In this document: one piece after another, positions 11,390-23,638 of the stretch
Layout of the letters: each line of letters opens with the position of its first letter
Position numbering within the stretch: the stretch's first letter is position 1
From: Podarcis gaigeae
Taxonomy: Eukaryota
Assembly: GCA_964106915.2 (NCBI GenBank)
Contig: OZ066915.1
Strand: one strand, 5' to 3'
DNA: 64,000 bases
The notes under the pieces: model-generated
The model's database searches: none
Told to the model about the DNA's origin: nothing
What the model saw: the letters and a program-made list of their open reading frames with translations, nothing else
Made by a program: the position numbers and the translations under genes

Positions 11390-12439
11390 CTGGTATTCCT
11401 TATGTTTCAGGGACCACACTATTCCTTATTCAGTAATGAACAAGCTTTAATAATTTACAAAGCATAAATTGTACATGCAAATACACCTTTATTAAGCAAC
11501 TAAGGAATTCACTCCATATGACAGTATTGAAATATAAAAGCACTCATCAGTGCTTGTTTAGATTTGTCTGTACAGTCTTTTGCAAATGTTTCAAAGCTTC
11601 CCTCAATCCATATTTATTCCCATTTTTAATCAGATAGTGGTGTCAGCTGTTTGAAGAAGAAGAAGAGAAATAATCCTAAGTGTCTATATCCCATTCCTTT
11701 GCATTAGCCAAAAGTCATTATACTCTTTTATAATAAATCATTTAGAAATATGGGTTTCTGATAGTTTACAATAAAAAAGAAATGATAGAAAAGCAAAAAG
11801 GTTACATGATGACCAGTTGCAATGGGAGATACAGAAGATGGCTTTGTGAGGGAATAGGCAAATAACAGTTCTCTTAGCAATTCAGGGGGCCTTGCTATGT
11901 CTGCTATGTCACATTTCTCTCAGATGAAATCAGTTGGAATGGCCACAGATGGAACCTATATGACCAGCTCAGACATGATCATTTATGAAACAGAATGAAA
12001 GAAAACTAAAGTGCTGCTAATGGTTGCCAAAGGAACCTATCAAATGGAAGCGTGAGTTTATTTGGTCATTACAACAGCCATATGGAAGATAGCAGGAAAT
12101 AAGTTTGTGGAATATATTCAGAAGGCTTCTGTGTACACCCCTAAAATAATGTGTAGATGTTACATGCTCGCACCAGCTCTTACTAGTTATAATTTATGCT
12201 GTTTTGGATAGATTCTGGGGTTCCACATGATAAGTTTGTGTGTGCAAATATGTGTGTATGGCCCTTTTTTGAGCTGCCACAGTGATGACATTCCCAGAGG
12301 CTCACTTATGACTAATATGTTGTGGAAACTGCCCCTACGTCTGCAGTTTCACCCTCTTTCCAGATAGCAGTCTGGATGAAGAATGAAACCTTCCCAGCAG
12401 TGTCCAATTGGCGGGACTTTCAAAACTGGTTCTTATTCA

Positions 12440-12660
12440 CAGTAGGATCATTTCAAGTTTCAAAGTATTTTATATCTCAGTAATTCTTACAATAGACCTG
12501 TTTGGTATATAAGTATTATTATCCCTCTATTGCAGATTTAGGAAATAGGGGCAGCTGGTATTCAAAGGAAGCTTGTCTAAAGCAATTTCGTGAATTTGTA
12601 GCTGAGCTGAAGTGTGAACCAGACATTTAACACTCATGTCCACTAAGCTATATTCAGATG
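12440..12660 (-). mobile_element. Old MIR/CORE-type SINE remnant
   Basis: CTTACAATAGACCTG...TATTATTATCCCTCTATTGCAGAT...GCTGAGCTGAAGTGTGAACC resembles the reverse CORE domain and B-box. Confidence 0.6.
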
Positions 12661-15600
12661 TTACATTATATGCAAGGATAGTAGAATCATGAATCACTTC
12701 TATTTCTCACTAAATAAATATATGTAAAACACTCCTAGGAATTCAATCTTCTGCAGTCCTTATAAACACAGTAATTTTGGAATGAGCCCTAGAATGTCTT
12801 CAGAGCAGGTTGTCACCTTCACAATGGAAAGGGAGTGTGTTTGGATAGTCATCGATTATCTTCTATTTTGCTAGATAATATATGAAGCTAGAAATAATAA
12901 TAAAGATATCTCTTTAAAAGAAAGGAGAAAACCTATGAGTTATGCTTTAACTTATTCTTGACATCAGTACTTGACAGTTGGAGACTTCTTTGAAATCGAA
13001 CTTGTAGAACTTAGTATTTTAAGTCACAGAAGCTGTATATATTACCATTTCAGCTAAACATTAGCTCCTCATTAAAGTGTGTGGATCATGCTGCTGATGC
13101 ACAGAAATATTTCAGACCTTTTTGATCAAAAATTGAAAGCATCTTAATTGCGCCTCTATATTTTTTATTATAAAGATGGCTAACCCCAGTGGGTGGGGTT
13201 GCATTTACTGTTTTATTCCAAAATATGAATTTTGTAAACATCCTGATTGATCCCAGTTGTATATTTTGTTTATTTGAAATGAGATGCTAGCTCTTCTTGT
13301 AGTTGTATTTTAATCTGTTGTATTTAATAAAATGAATCCATTGACTATAAATAAATTCATTCAATTTGTTGGAACAGCCACTTTGATTTCTTATGAAACA
13401 GTATTTTGACTTTGAACAGCGAAGGTGGGAGTGGGAACCTTTCTTACTTTCCTAACATAGGGTGGAGCATCCCAACACAAGGATAAGCAGCCACCAGGAA
13501 TTTAGAGCATTAGCATGGAGGTGCCCATGTACCACATAGTGATTAGCTTTAGGTGGTGAAGGGGACAAGGGAGAACCTGTTATTGGAAGCCATCTTTCCA
13601 GCCACTATAAACATGTTTGTTAGTTAATTTTAACGCTTGATGTTTTATGTTTTTAGATATGCTGTAAGCCGCCCAGGGTGGCCACAAGTGCAACAGAAAC
13701 ATGGTGGTTTTCTCAGTGTAGGCGAAATATTTGAGACTATCATGTGCTTGGGCTGTACACACACACATTTGAAAGTGAAATAAAAGATTGTGTGCCCACA
13801 GATGCAATCACATAATCCCTGTCCCAAAGTGCCTCCTACCTGTGTGCTCTAATTGCCCCGATCAAATAGAAGGAATAAAGAGGACTTGATGTGAGCCCAG
13901 CATGTACATATTTCTGCCTTTGCCTGACAGGTGAATGCCACTATTAGTTGGACACTGCTACTGCACACACGGAAAGAATAGTGCATTCCACATGCTGAAT
14001 GTGCACTCAGCTTTAACAGTGCTTTGTGAGAATAAAACTGTTTTTGTTCATGGATCTCTCTCACTACACCAGGGTGATAGGTTTCAAAATGCAGTAATGT
14101 ATGAGGCAGGCTGTTACAGTAGTTGTAGCAATGGAACAACCTCAATGTAAGTGAATTCTGACCTGGAAGTTCCATGGCTAATATAGCCATCTGCATAATT
14201 TAGAGCCTAATCCACACAATTTGTGCTGCAGGCACAAAACTTTGAAGATTCCTGTGCTAATCTCATTTGACAATTTTACCCCCTGTCATTAATATTCATA
14301 ATTCTTTAAAACTATGTGCCATATTTTTAGACCTCCACATATGCTTGATTGTGAGAGAGTTTTAACTGAATTACAGGATGCTATTCTTTAAGGATTTGAT
14401 TGGATATGACCTTAGTGAACTTTTATCAGCTGAATCTGGGTTTTCTGTTTTAGCCTGTTCCCTAAGGTTGTAGATTACTTTGACTAAAAACTTGTAGTCC
14501 CATTTTTATGGATATCATGACAAAAAGTGCCTAATCACACTTCACTTTTCTCTTTCACTTCACAGGTAGTACGTTCCTAGGCCTTACTGTTGTTTATGGA
14601 TGCAAAGGTGGCATCATTTATCAGCAACAAAAGTTGCTTCACTTCTCTTATTGTGCTTCTCTAATGTTTTTCTAAGCTAAATAACAGATTTGTCTTTAAA
14701 GAAATGCTACGTTCTCTTGTCACTATAAATTCATGTCATCCAGGATAAATATAATTTTACTGCATTTCCAGTAAATATTTCTAACAATCAAAATGAAAGA
14801 CAAATTGCCTTTAAATGTTTTGCAGTTCTTCAGAGGGTTTAAAAGTATGGCTAGAAAGACATCTATTTATTTGAAATTTTGATTTTCTAGGTATTTTTCT
14901 GCTCCATTTTATTGTCAGAATGTCAACAGTTTTCTTTACTACCAATTTCACATGATTATTTCTTTATACTTGTTAGCTCTTTCTGCCACTCTCTTGTCTT
15001 AAGTTGACTGGAAGACTAGAGTATTTTCATTAATGACATGTGGTGGCACTTTCCTTTATTGTTCACTGATGACTTTCTGACAGGGATAGATGATGTGCTT
15101 GGAGTTCCCAAGAAATTGTGATTCCATCTCTTAAAGGAAGAGCTTTGAGACAAGCCTGGTTATAGATGTGCCAAACTGACAATTTGACTTTTTTCCAAAA
15201 CAAACATGATCTAAAGTGGAAGTGCTTCATTATTGTTATTCTCAGTTGATGTTTTTCCTGACTCTCTGTAAAGAAAAAAAGTCAAACAAAAGCAATATCC
15301 TTTATGTTGACTCTAGAAAGACCCAGTATTTCAGTTTGCCCTACTGGAAACAGAGCTTGTTATCATTACGTGATTAAATTAGTGGTGGTCTTCCAGTAAT
15401 TGCTGTCTTGATTGACACTCATTCAGATGGGGGATTCACATACCCCCATGTGTTACTGGCTGAATTGAGGTTATGCAGCTTGAAGAGGTTGGGTCTGATC
15501 TAAATAAGTCTACCTTAAGATGGTCAAAGGTTTCCATAGAACAATGACAAATGTTATATTTCAATTCTAAACCTAGTCCCGCAGTTCTCCCCTTGTGGAA

Positions 15601-16105
15601 GGTTGGTATCTTTGCTTCTAAATCTTTTCAAGTGAGGTGGATTGAATTAAACCATGGTGACTTGAATCAGTAAATGTTAAGTTCAGAAAAGCAGTTCAGG
15701 GATTTGTCAAGAGAGCTCTTTAAATGGCAGGTCTGTGTGAACTGAGCTTTATACAGATACAGCCAGAAGTGGTCAACAGCAATTCCCATGATCTCAGCAG
15801 CTGCAAAAGGTGTTGTTGTAATAACTGCCAGCCATCTGTGTACAACTGAGTTCAGCTAATACGTCTCCATCCTATCTCAGATTTGGGACAGCCAGGAAAA
15901 ACTGCTTGGACAGAAAAGTATCTGGCTTATATTGGCTGGTGTTTTGCTTTATTGGCTATAGATCATCCAATCTACATCCCTTTGAAGACAATCAGACAAT
16001 TATTTTTCATTAATCTCACAGACCCTATTTTCTGCCTGTGTATTTAGCAAAAGACTGTTATTCCAAACAAAACTACTTACCAGACTGGACAGAGAAACAC
16101 TTGCC

Positions 16106-16155
<50 letters not shown>

Positions 16156-16160
16156 CAGAT
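16106..16160. repeat. (GATA)n microsatellite
   Basis: About 12 perfect GATA units, then GACAGAT. Confidence 0.98.
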
Positions 16161-17609
16161 CCATCCAGTCTTGAGATGCTTCAATAGCCTAAACGTGTGC
16201 TTTGTGAGGGTGCTTTTTATCCCATCACGTAAACTGTATCTCATTTCATAATATAAGTCACATGCCCCACTACATTATTTAAAATAGATCAGTAAGTAGT
16301 CTGCTTTGAATGAAAAATATGGTTTTGATGTAAAAGGGTGCTTAAATTTCCCACTTGAATTTCTCACAATAAAAATAGTTTAATGCCTCCATTAGTTTGT
16401 ATTTCTTTCTTTGTCATTTGAACTCTAGGAGATATATCCATGGAAAATATGGATGCTCAGAATAATCTATTTTGTCCTGTGTACAAAATACAGTACATAG
16501 ATTGACCCCATAGGACTCTTTGACAGGAATAGCAGGTGCAGCTGCATTTAGGGCCTATTCCCTTGGGAGAAAGCCATAAAAATAAACCTGGTCTGTTTAA
16601 TTAATGAGTTTGAGGAACAAGAGTTGTAAAATGAACTTTAAATAAATGAAGAGAAACATTTTTGTTTTAACTTGTTACATTACAGGTGATAGTTTTGCTT
16701 AGAAACAAAACAATGAATATTATGAAAAATATAATAGGAAACATTTCCACCCAGTGGAATTTATTTGCAGCAAAATTGAAACAAATAAGTACCATTGGCC
16801 TGTAGAGTTTATTGCAATAGGATTTCATATTAGAAGTGAGACAGGCATAATACCAGAGAACTGCTACTCCCTATAGTGGGTCGTGCATGGATGCTACTGC
16901 TTCGAGTTTTGCTTTCGACGTTTTGTGGAATATTTTGTGCAATCTTCATAAACTCTACGCTGCTTTATTTAAGTGAAGGCACAAACCCAAAGCAAAAGAC
17001 ACAGAAAGCAAACATCTTGGTTTTTTTAACATGATCAATTTATTCCAGTGTAAATAGTGTTGCAATTAAGGATCACACATGGCAGTTTCAGGTCTTCCAT
17101 AACCATTTCCAATGCTGTGCTACAAAGCTAGTGTATTATGGTGTATTATCCATAAATAGCTTTTACTGTTATTTGCCCCACTAGTAGTGTTCAGAGTGTA
17201 TATTTGAATACACCTAAGCTTTCATGTCTTTGTTTTTATGCAACCATGCTATTAGTATTTTCCTGAGGTTTTTTTTTAATTAAACGTACATTGTCAATTA
17301 GGATTAAACCTTTCATCATTTTGCATCTTAAAAATGTGTATTCATTTGCTACCAGAAATGTGAATAGTAATTGCATTTTCTTCCAGTTAATAAAAGTCCT
17401 ATAATTGTTGCCTAAAAGTGAATCAGCAGCAGCTCCCATTTATCAGTTAACGTACAATGCTTCACTGTTGGATACCTGATCAAAACATGGAAAGGGGGGA
17501 AATACCAAGCCCTTGGAGCCCACAAGTTGATGTAGAGGAGGATGGGGGGAGGGGGGGGCAGGGAGAGAAACAAGGTAGCCCAGTTGACTACGTAGATAGA
17601 TTGCATTTA

Positions 17610-17611
<2 letters not shown>

Positions 17612-17655
<44 letters not shown>
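17612..17655. repeat. (GT)22 microsatellite
   Basis: Uninterrupted GT run. Confidence 0.98.
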
Positions 17656-17657
<2 letters not shown>

Positions 17658-18893
17658 CTATTCAGAAATAAAACGTGCTGATATATGTGGCATTGAATCT
17701 AGCATTACAGCAGCTACTCAAAATGACACAAAGCACAGTAGGGATTGCAGTGGGGAGTAACTTTTTTTCCCTTGCAGTGTTTGAAATCTTCCCATTAACT
17801 GAACACAATTTGCAACAGCAAACATATGGATCATTCTCATTAAAAATAAAGAAAATTGTTTGAAATAAACCTCAAAGAAGGAGAACAAGAGTCTCTTTTT
17901 ACTTCAGGAAATGATTCTCTTCTTGTTGTTAAGACAGAGGAGTAATGGAGTTAAATTAGAGCAACCGTCAGTTTGATAGGTTTAGTGAGAGATAAAGCTA
18001 CAGTACAATCGCCAAGCTCACTCAACTATGGAGAGAGGGAAAGAAATAGCAAGCTGGTTAAGTAACCTGCATTTAAATAATGATCTGTCCTCATTGCTTT
18101 CCATCAAGCAAAGCACTTATAACTGGTCGTATGCTTGATGAGAGCAGGAAAAAGATCTGGTTTGATGTTGGTTTTTCAGTTAATTGTAGGATCATGGAAG
18201 CAGGTTATGCCTGAGAGTCTGTAAAAGAAACAAAACACCTATGTATTATTAAGGCTAGCCAATTACTTTTAAGATAGCAGTCAAAGGAAAATTTCACATT
18301 TGTTTATATTGTGCTAAGGAAAAACTTGCCTTCATTCTGCTTTCAATCTCTGATGGTTTATCCCATAACTTGATTCACAAAAAGAAATAAGATCTACCTT
18401 TTGTATTAACACAAAGGGCCATTTTGCCAAGTATTCTGACTCTAGTTGTGACCAGCCGGATAGTCCTTTAGGACATTCAAGAGGGGCCCTTCAGCACACA
18501 GGAAAGAGAAGGAAGAAATTATCTCTGAAAATACTGTTTACCATCCCACATCTTGTAGTAATGAATTACGCAGAATAATTGCTTGTTTTGTGAAGAAATG
18601 TTAATTGCTTGTTTTGTGGTGAGCCAAGGCAGCCTGGCAGTGGCATGCTAATGGGGACTGGGCACACTTGTGGGCCACGGCAGCCTGGGTGGGTGAGAGG
18701 TGGGGATGGGGCAGCATGATTCGAGTGTGTCCGAGATTTGGAACAGAAAATATGGGACCATATGCCATGCCAAAGTAGCTCCTGAATCCTTTCCCAGCTG
18801 AGAATCAATGCAAGCTGCAGAAAAATTGCTGGCTTTCCTGACTGACATCCTGCATGTTTACAGATGCAAGCAAGCGAACGAGCGACCTATGTA

Positions 18894-19130
18894 CAGTGGT
18901 ACTTTTGTTTACGAACTTAATCCGTTCCCGAAGTCTGTTCTTAAACCAAATCTGTTCTTAAACCGAGGCACACTTTCCCTAATGAGGCCTCCTGCCGCTG
19001 GCCTTCCAAAATTAAGCTTCTGTTCGTAGACCGAGGTAAGGTTCACAACCGGAACACTACTTCCGGTTTTGTGGAGTTCATAAACTGAATAGTTCGTTAA
19101 CAGGGCTGTTCGTAAACCGAGGTACCACTG
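18894..19130. mobile_element. pogo/Tigger-type (Tc1/mariner) MITE, subfamily B
   Basis: TA|CAGTGGTAC...GTTTACGAAC on the left, GTTCGTAAACCGAGGTACCACTG|TA on the right; TA TSD. Confidence 0.92.
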
Positions 19131-20094
19131 TAAAGCCTTTGTCAGAAAAGGTCACCCAGCTCAGCTTCAGACACCCCCTTTGGTGATTTCAGGGGTGTGA
19201 CTGGGCTCAGCTGATTTGGTGAAAAACTCCAGAGTTCTTCTCAATGTACTTGATTCTGTATACTCGATTCTGACCAAACTAAGTTGCCTAGGAGTATACA
19301 TTTTCAGAGTTAACGCTAAATATGTAACCTCCGGTAAATAAGCCACCATAGTCGCTAGAAGGCCATGAAAATTTGTGTCCCGGGATTTTTAGACTCGCCT
19401 ACCCATCTGAAACCTAAGGGGAGCATTGGTTGTGAGGTGTGAAATATATTGGCATTATTTTCTGCTTTCCTACCCCACTAAGTTGGTGTCAACCCATATA
19501 ATATAAGTAAGGGGTGTTATTGCACATGTTTTATAATCAGCTGGCATCTCCTTCCCTTGATCTTATTCAGGATACCTTTATCCTGACTGCACCTATTGAT
19601 TCAGAAAAGTGTGCTTCTGTAATATTTTATAAATATAATGAAATCTTTCTTTTATTTTCTAATGTGGATTACTGAACTATCTTCAAATAATGAAAATTCA
19701 GGGATGACTCTAAAAATAATTCATTTTGGTGAACAAAGCAGAGACAAAGACCATTATTAAGAAGCAATAGTGGTTTTGCTGCACATTGCAAAGAATAATT
19801 TGCATTACATATGATAAGGTATTTAGCTTATTTAAGCTGAATACTTTTGTTGGTGACACCAGCAAATATTTGAGAGCTTTTTTCAGATTCAGGAACTTAG
19901 ACAACTCCCACCCACCCCAATCACCATGTTAGCTAACTATTTTTGTTGTTGTTGTTTCTTATAGTTTCTATCCTATGAATTAACATTACAATAAATTGCA
20001 CCATGGTTCCACCTAGGCCAGTAGTGTCCACTTTAAAAACAGCTGTTCAAGAAATGCTCCTGTCTAGTGCCCAGTTTCCATCACCACCACTATA

Positions 20095-20314
20095 CAGTGG
20101 TACCTCTGGTACCGTTCCGGAGGTCTGTTCTTAACCTGAAACTGTTCTTAACCCGAGGTACCACTTTAGCTAATGGGGCCTCCTGCTGCCCCTGCACGAT
20201 TTCTGTTCTCATCCTGGGGCAAAGTTCTTAAGCCGAGGTTCTACTTCCGGGTTAGCAGAGCCTGTAACCCGAAGTGTTTGTAACCTGAAGCATTTGTAAC
20301 CCGAGGTACCACTG
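20095..20314 (-). mobile_element. pogo/Tigger-type MITE, subfamily A, inverted relative to the other A copies
   Basis: TA|CAGTGGTACCTC ... GAGGTACCACTG|TA. The body is the reverse complement of 22488/27574/40085, with a small deletion near the left TIR. Confidence 0.94.
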
Positions 20315-21802
20315 TATAGACTTGGTACTAATCTTACCAGTGAAATTGGGTAGCTGTCTAGTAAGCAGGTCAGGGAACAAAATTTCCAAATTAGCAGGGA
20401 AGCTGTACAACTACAGAGTGAAACTGAGCACTGAGTCACATGAAGTGTTGGATGAGCAACTGCTATACATAAACTTAACAGCTTTATACTGGGCCTACTA
20501 CCCCAACTCTTCCTGAAACATCAGTAGGATGCCTCCAGAGTACATGTTTGTTTTAGATTCCTCCTCCTAAGTAGGGTTCAAGGAATTGAGACATCACACT
20601 TGGTGCATTTCAGCATAGATTGCACATTGTATTTACACATTGCACAGCTAAAATATATCTTGGTGGGTGGGGAGAACCTGCAGAACTCTGTGCCCAACAA
20701 GATATGATATTCTTCCAAGATTGCATGATAATAAAACTTGTGTGGATTGCAAAATAGTTCAACAGAGAACTTGAATTGGTCTGAATTCAGAGGCCATCTG
20801 GGGTCCCCACCCCATTTTACCAAAAAAGCAGGAAAGTGCAGTCAGAATTTGTAATATCTTTCTTTTGTAACTTGACCCTTTGTGCTCATTATTACTGAGG
20901 AACATTTTATTATTCTTGGAAAAAATTTTTTAATGAATACGATGGTAATTTATTTTTAAAATCACATCCTTATTCTAATTTGTAATTAACACAAATGGCC
21001 TACTATTTTTATTGAGCATGCCATTAATATTGAGAGGCTTGGTATGGTTAATGAAAAATGTTATATTTCAAATAGCAATTTGAAAGCATTTATAAATCAG
21101 TTTGTTAACTCAATGTTGTTTGGGTTTTTTTTTTTAAAAAAAAAATGATAATAGTGTATATCTTACAGCTGTGCCAAATATAAAACTTTGCCTTTGTTGG
21201 GGCTTGAGGAATTTTCTTTAGCTTTTTCTGGTATGGCAGATCTTTACAGATTGATCCTTTAAAATCAGCTAACATTTAGGTTTCTCTTAGAACTTGATAA
21301 GAAGCATTTTGCTTTCCCTGACAATATATTGTGCAGTCCAATCATTTAAGTCAAAGGCTCTGAAATCCTCAAATTTCTGCAATCATGCTTCAAATGTACA
21401 ATGTCATCCTCTCTCTTCCTGATGCCCCTTCCTCCAGTCTCCTTGTGGGAGGGGATTTGATAGCAGGTAGAGGTGGGCTGGATGAATGTGAACACCGCTG
21501 AGACTGCTGGTCCTTATGTGAGTTCAAGCAGAGGTACTTGCATAGCCAAACATGCCAACACTAAATGTGCATTCCAATCCTAGCTTATGTAGATATAGAT
21601 ATGAATGGTTTTGTTGTCATTTCTACACTGTACAACCAGCTATACAAACCAATTTATAAAGATAAAAACAGTATCTGCATGATAAATAGTTACACATAAC
21701 TGCCTTACTGAGCCAAACATCCACACAAATAAATAAAAACAGTTGCCTTGTGTCAGCCTTGAGCACAGGATATAACCTTTCGGGTTAAGAAGGAACCTCA
21801 AT

Positions 21803-21930
21803 AACTTAAGGAATAGGCTGTTGCATTAGATCAGTGGATCATCTAGGCCAGTATGCTGTTTCCCACAGTGATTAGTCATATGCCTCTAGGAAAATCCACA
21901 AGAAGGGAATGAAGGCAACAGCCCTCCCCA
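21803..21930 (-). mobile_element. Old CR1 3' UTR fragment
   Basis: CATCTAGGCCAGTATGCTGTTTCCCACAGTG...ATGCCTCTAGGAAAATCCACAAG matches the reverse of the CR1 tail at 54780-54870. Confidence 0.65.
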
Positions 21931-22075
21931 GGAGTACCAGACCTTTGTGTTTGCCATGTTCTTTCTAAGGACAGTTTACCTCTTTGGGGGACAGTGGCGA
22001 TTGTGGCCTGGTGCGGCCTTGGTGAGCCAGGGGGAGAGGGGGTCTGTCACCCATTGGCTTTGGCTGGTCGCAGAG

Positions 22076-22165
22076 CATAGCTGTCAATGTTTCCCTTTTT
22101 TAAAGGAAAATTCCCTTATTCCGAATAGGATTCCTCGCAAGAAAAGGGAAAAGTTGACAGCTATG
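22076..22165. mobile_element. Minimal 90-bp hAT MITE
   Basis: TIRs CATAGCTGTCAA / TTGACAGCTATG. Perfect 8-bp TSD TCGCAGAG (22068-22075 / 22166-22173). Confidence 0.96.
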
Positions 22166-22487
22166 TCGCAGAGCTCTCAGGATTGCCCACTCAAATATTT
22201 TTTTAAAACTGGCCAATTATGGCTTTTGAAGGGAGGAGCCAAGCCTGCTGGAATCCTGGCTGTGCTTGGGGCAGGCTGTGCATTTGGGTATTGCAGAGTT
22301 CTGTCCAGTGGTCCAGACAGGTGCAGTCAGGCCATAGAACACCCAACTGGCATCTGGGTAGGATCGCCTCATTTAATCTGTGTAATGATAATCCCTAAAC
22401 CCAGGATCACCGCTAAAGGAGTAACCAATCAGAAGGTGGGTTGGTTGATTTAGGATACTTACCCAGTGCCTATGCCAAAACCTACTA

Positions 22488-22712
22488 CAGTGGTACCTCG
22501 GGTTACATACGCTTCAGGTTACAGACTCCTCTAACCCAGAAATAGTACCTTGGGTTAAGAACTTTGCTTCAGGATGAGAACAGAAATTGTGCTCCGGCAG
22601 CGCGGCAGCAGCAGGAGGCCCATTAGCTAAAGTGGTGCTTCAGGTTAAGAACAGTTTCAGGTTAAGTATGGACCTCCGGAACGAATTAAGTACTTAACCC
22701 AAGGTACCACTG
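22488..22712 (+). mobile_element. pogo/Tigger-type MITE, subfamily A
   Basis: TA|CAGTGGTACCTCGGGTTA ... TAACCCAAGGTACCACTG; right TA mutated to AA. Confidence 0.94.
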
Positions 22713-22809
22713 AATATCTGTAAACAATAAAGTTATGGCCAATTTTAATCCCCCATTATTGACAGGCCAGTTGAAAATGACTATTTCTTCCAAATTACTT
22801 GGCAGCAGG

Positions 22810-22938
22810 GGAGAACTTTGGTAATCTGGTACTATGGCCAAAATTTGGTGCCCCCAAATGGATCTTCTCAATTTTGCACCCCCTCAGTTTGACTCCTTGT
22901 GCGGGGAAACCGCCTGCATTGCTGTAAATCTGGTGCTG
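22810..22938 (+). mobile_element. Decayed non-autonomous DNA element, same family as 59475-59632
   Basis: Shared CCAAAATTTGGTG...ATGGATCTTCTCAATT and terminal TAAAT..GGTGCTG. Confidence 0.7.
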
Positions 22939-23616
22939 TTGGCAGCCTGCATCTTCTCAAAGGTCTTCCACTGTTCTCATTTGGTGTGGGTGCATTCTGT
23001 GTGCTTGGCTACTAAATTCACCGTTGCTGAAAGATCAAGTCACCACAGTCTTTAGCATGCCATAAGAAGTGCATTGTGTAATCAGTTCAAGATGTTGTGC
23101 TGTTTTCCAAGCACAGTAACAGGGAGAAAGGAAATGCCCAAAGAAATTAAAAAGTTAAAATTTAAACACAGACAATTACAAAATGTCCATCATACCTTAT
23201 CTTCTCAGTTTTCAACATTTCTCTTGTGCATGAGAAATATAATATTTAGAGCATCCATCAACCAGTATATACTCACTGATTCCAGAAAGGTTTCCCACTC
23301 TCAGAAGCCAATTATTTCCATGTAAAGGGAAGCACAATGAGAAGCTGGTTTCGTAGGAAAAACAATTTTAAATTAAACATTAATTGAATGAAGTTTAAAA
23401 GCTTCTTTTACATACATTTCAATAAATATATATATATCTTTAAGGGCTTGTCACAATGTATTAACCTGGTGAAATGCTAAAATGTCAGGTGCATTACATG
23501 TATAGGATACACTTGGCACTTGGCTGTCAGCAGGGGAAAACTTCTACAACTAATTTCTGAGGAACTGCAGGATGAAAAGCAAAGCAAAGAAAAAAGAATG
23601 GAGGGGAGATGGGGAG

Positions 23617-23638
23617 GTGTGTGTGTGTGTGTGTGTGT
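23617..23638. repeat. (GT)n microsatellite
   Basis: About 11 GT units. Confidence 0.95.

Noticed and set aside
21947-22453. 168-aa ORF
   Set aside because: Reads through a 90-bp hAT MITE and old repeat sequence; a chance open frame.
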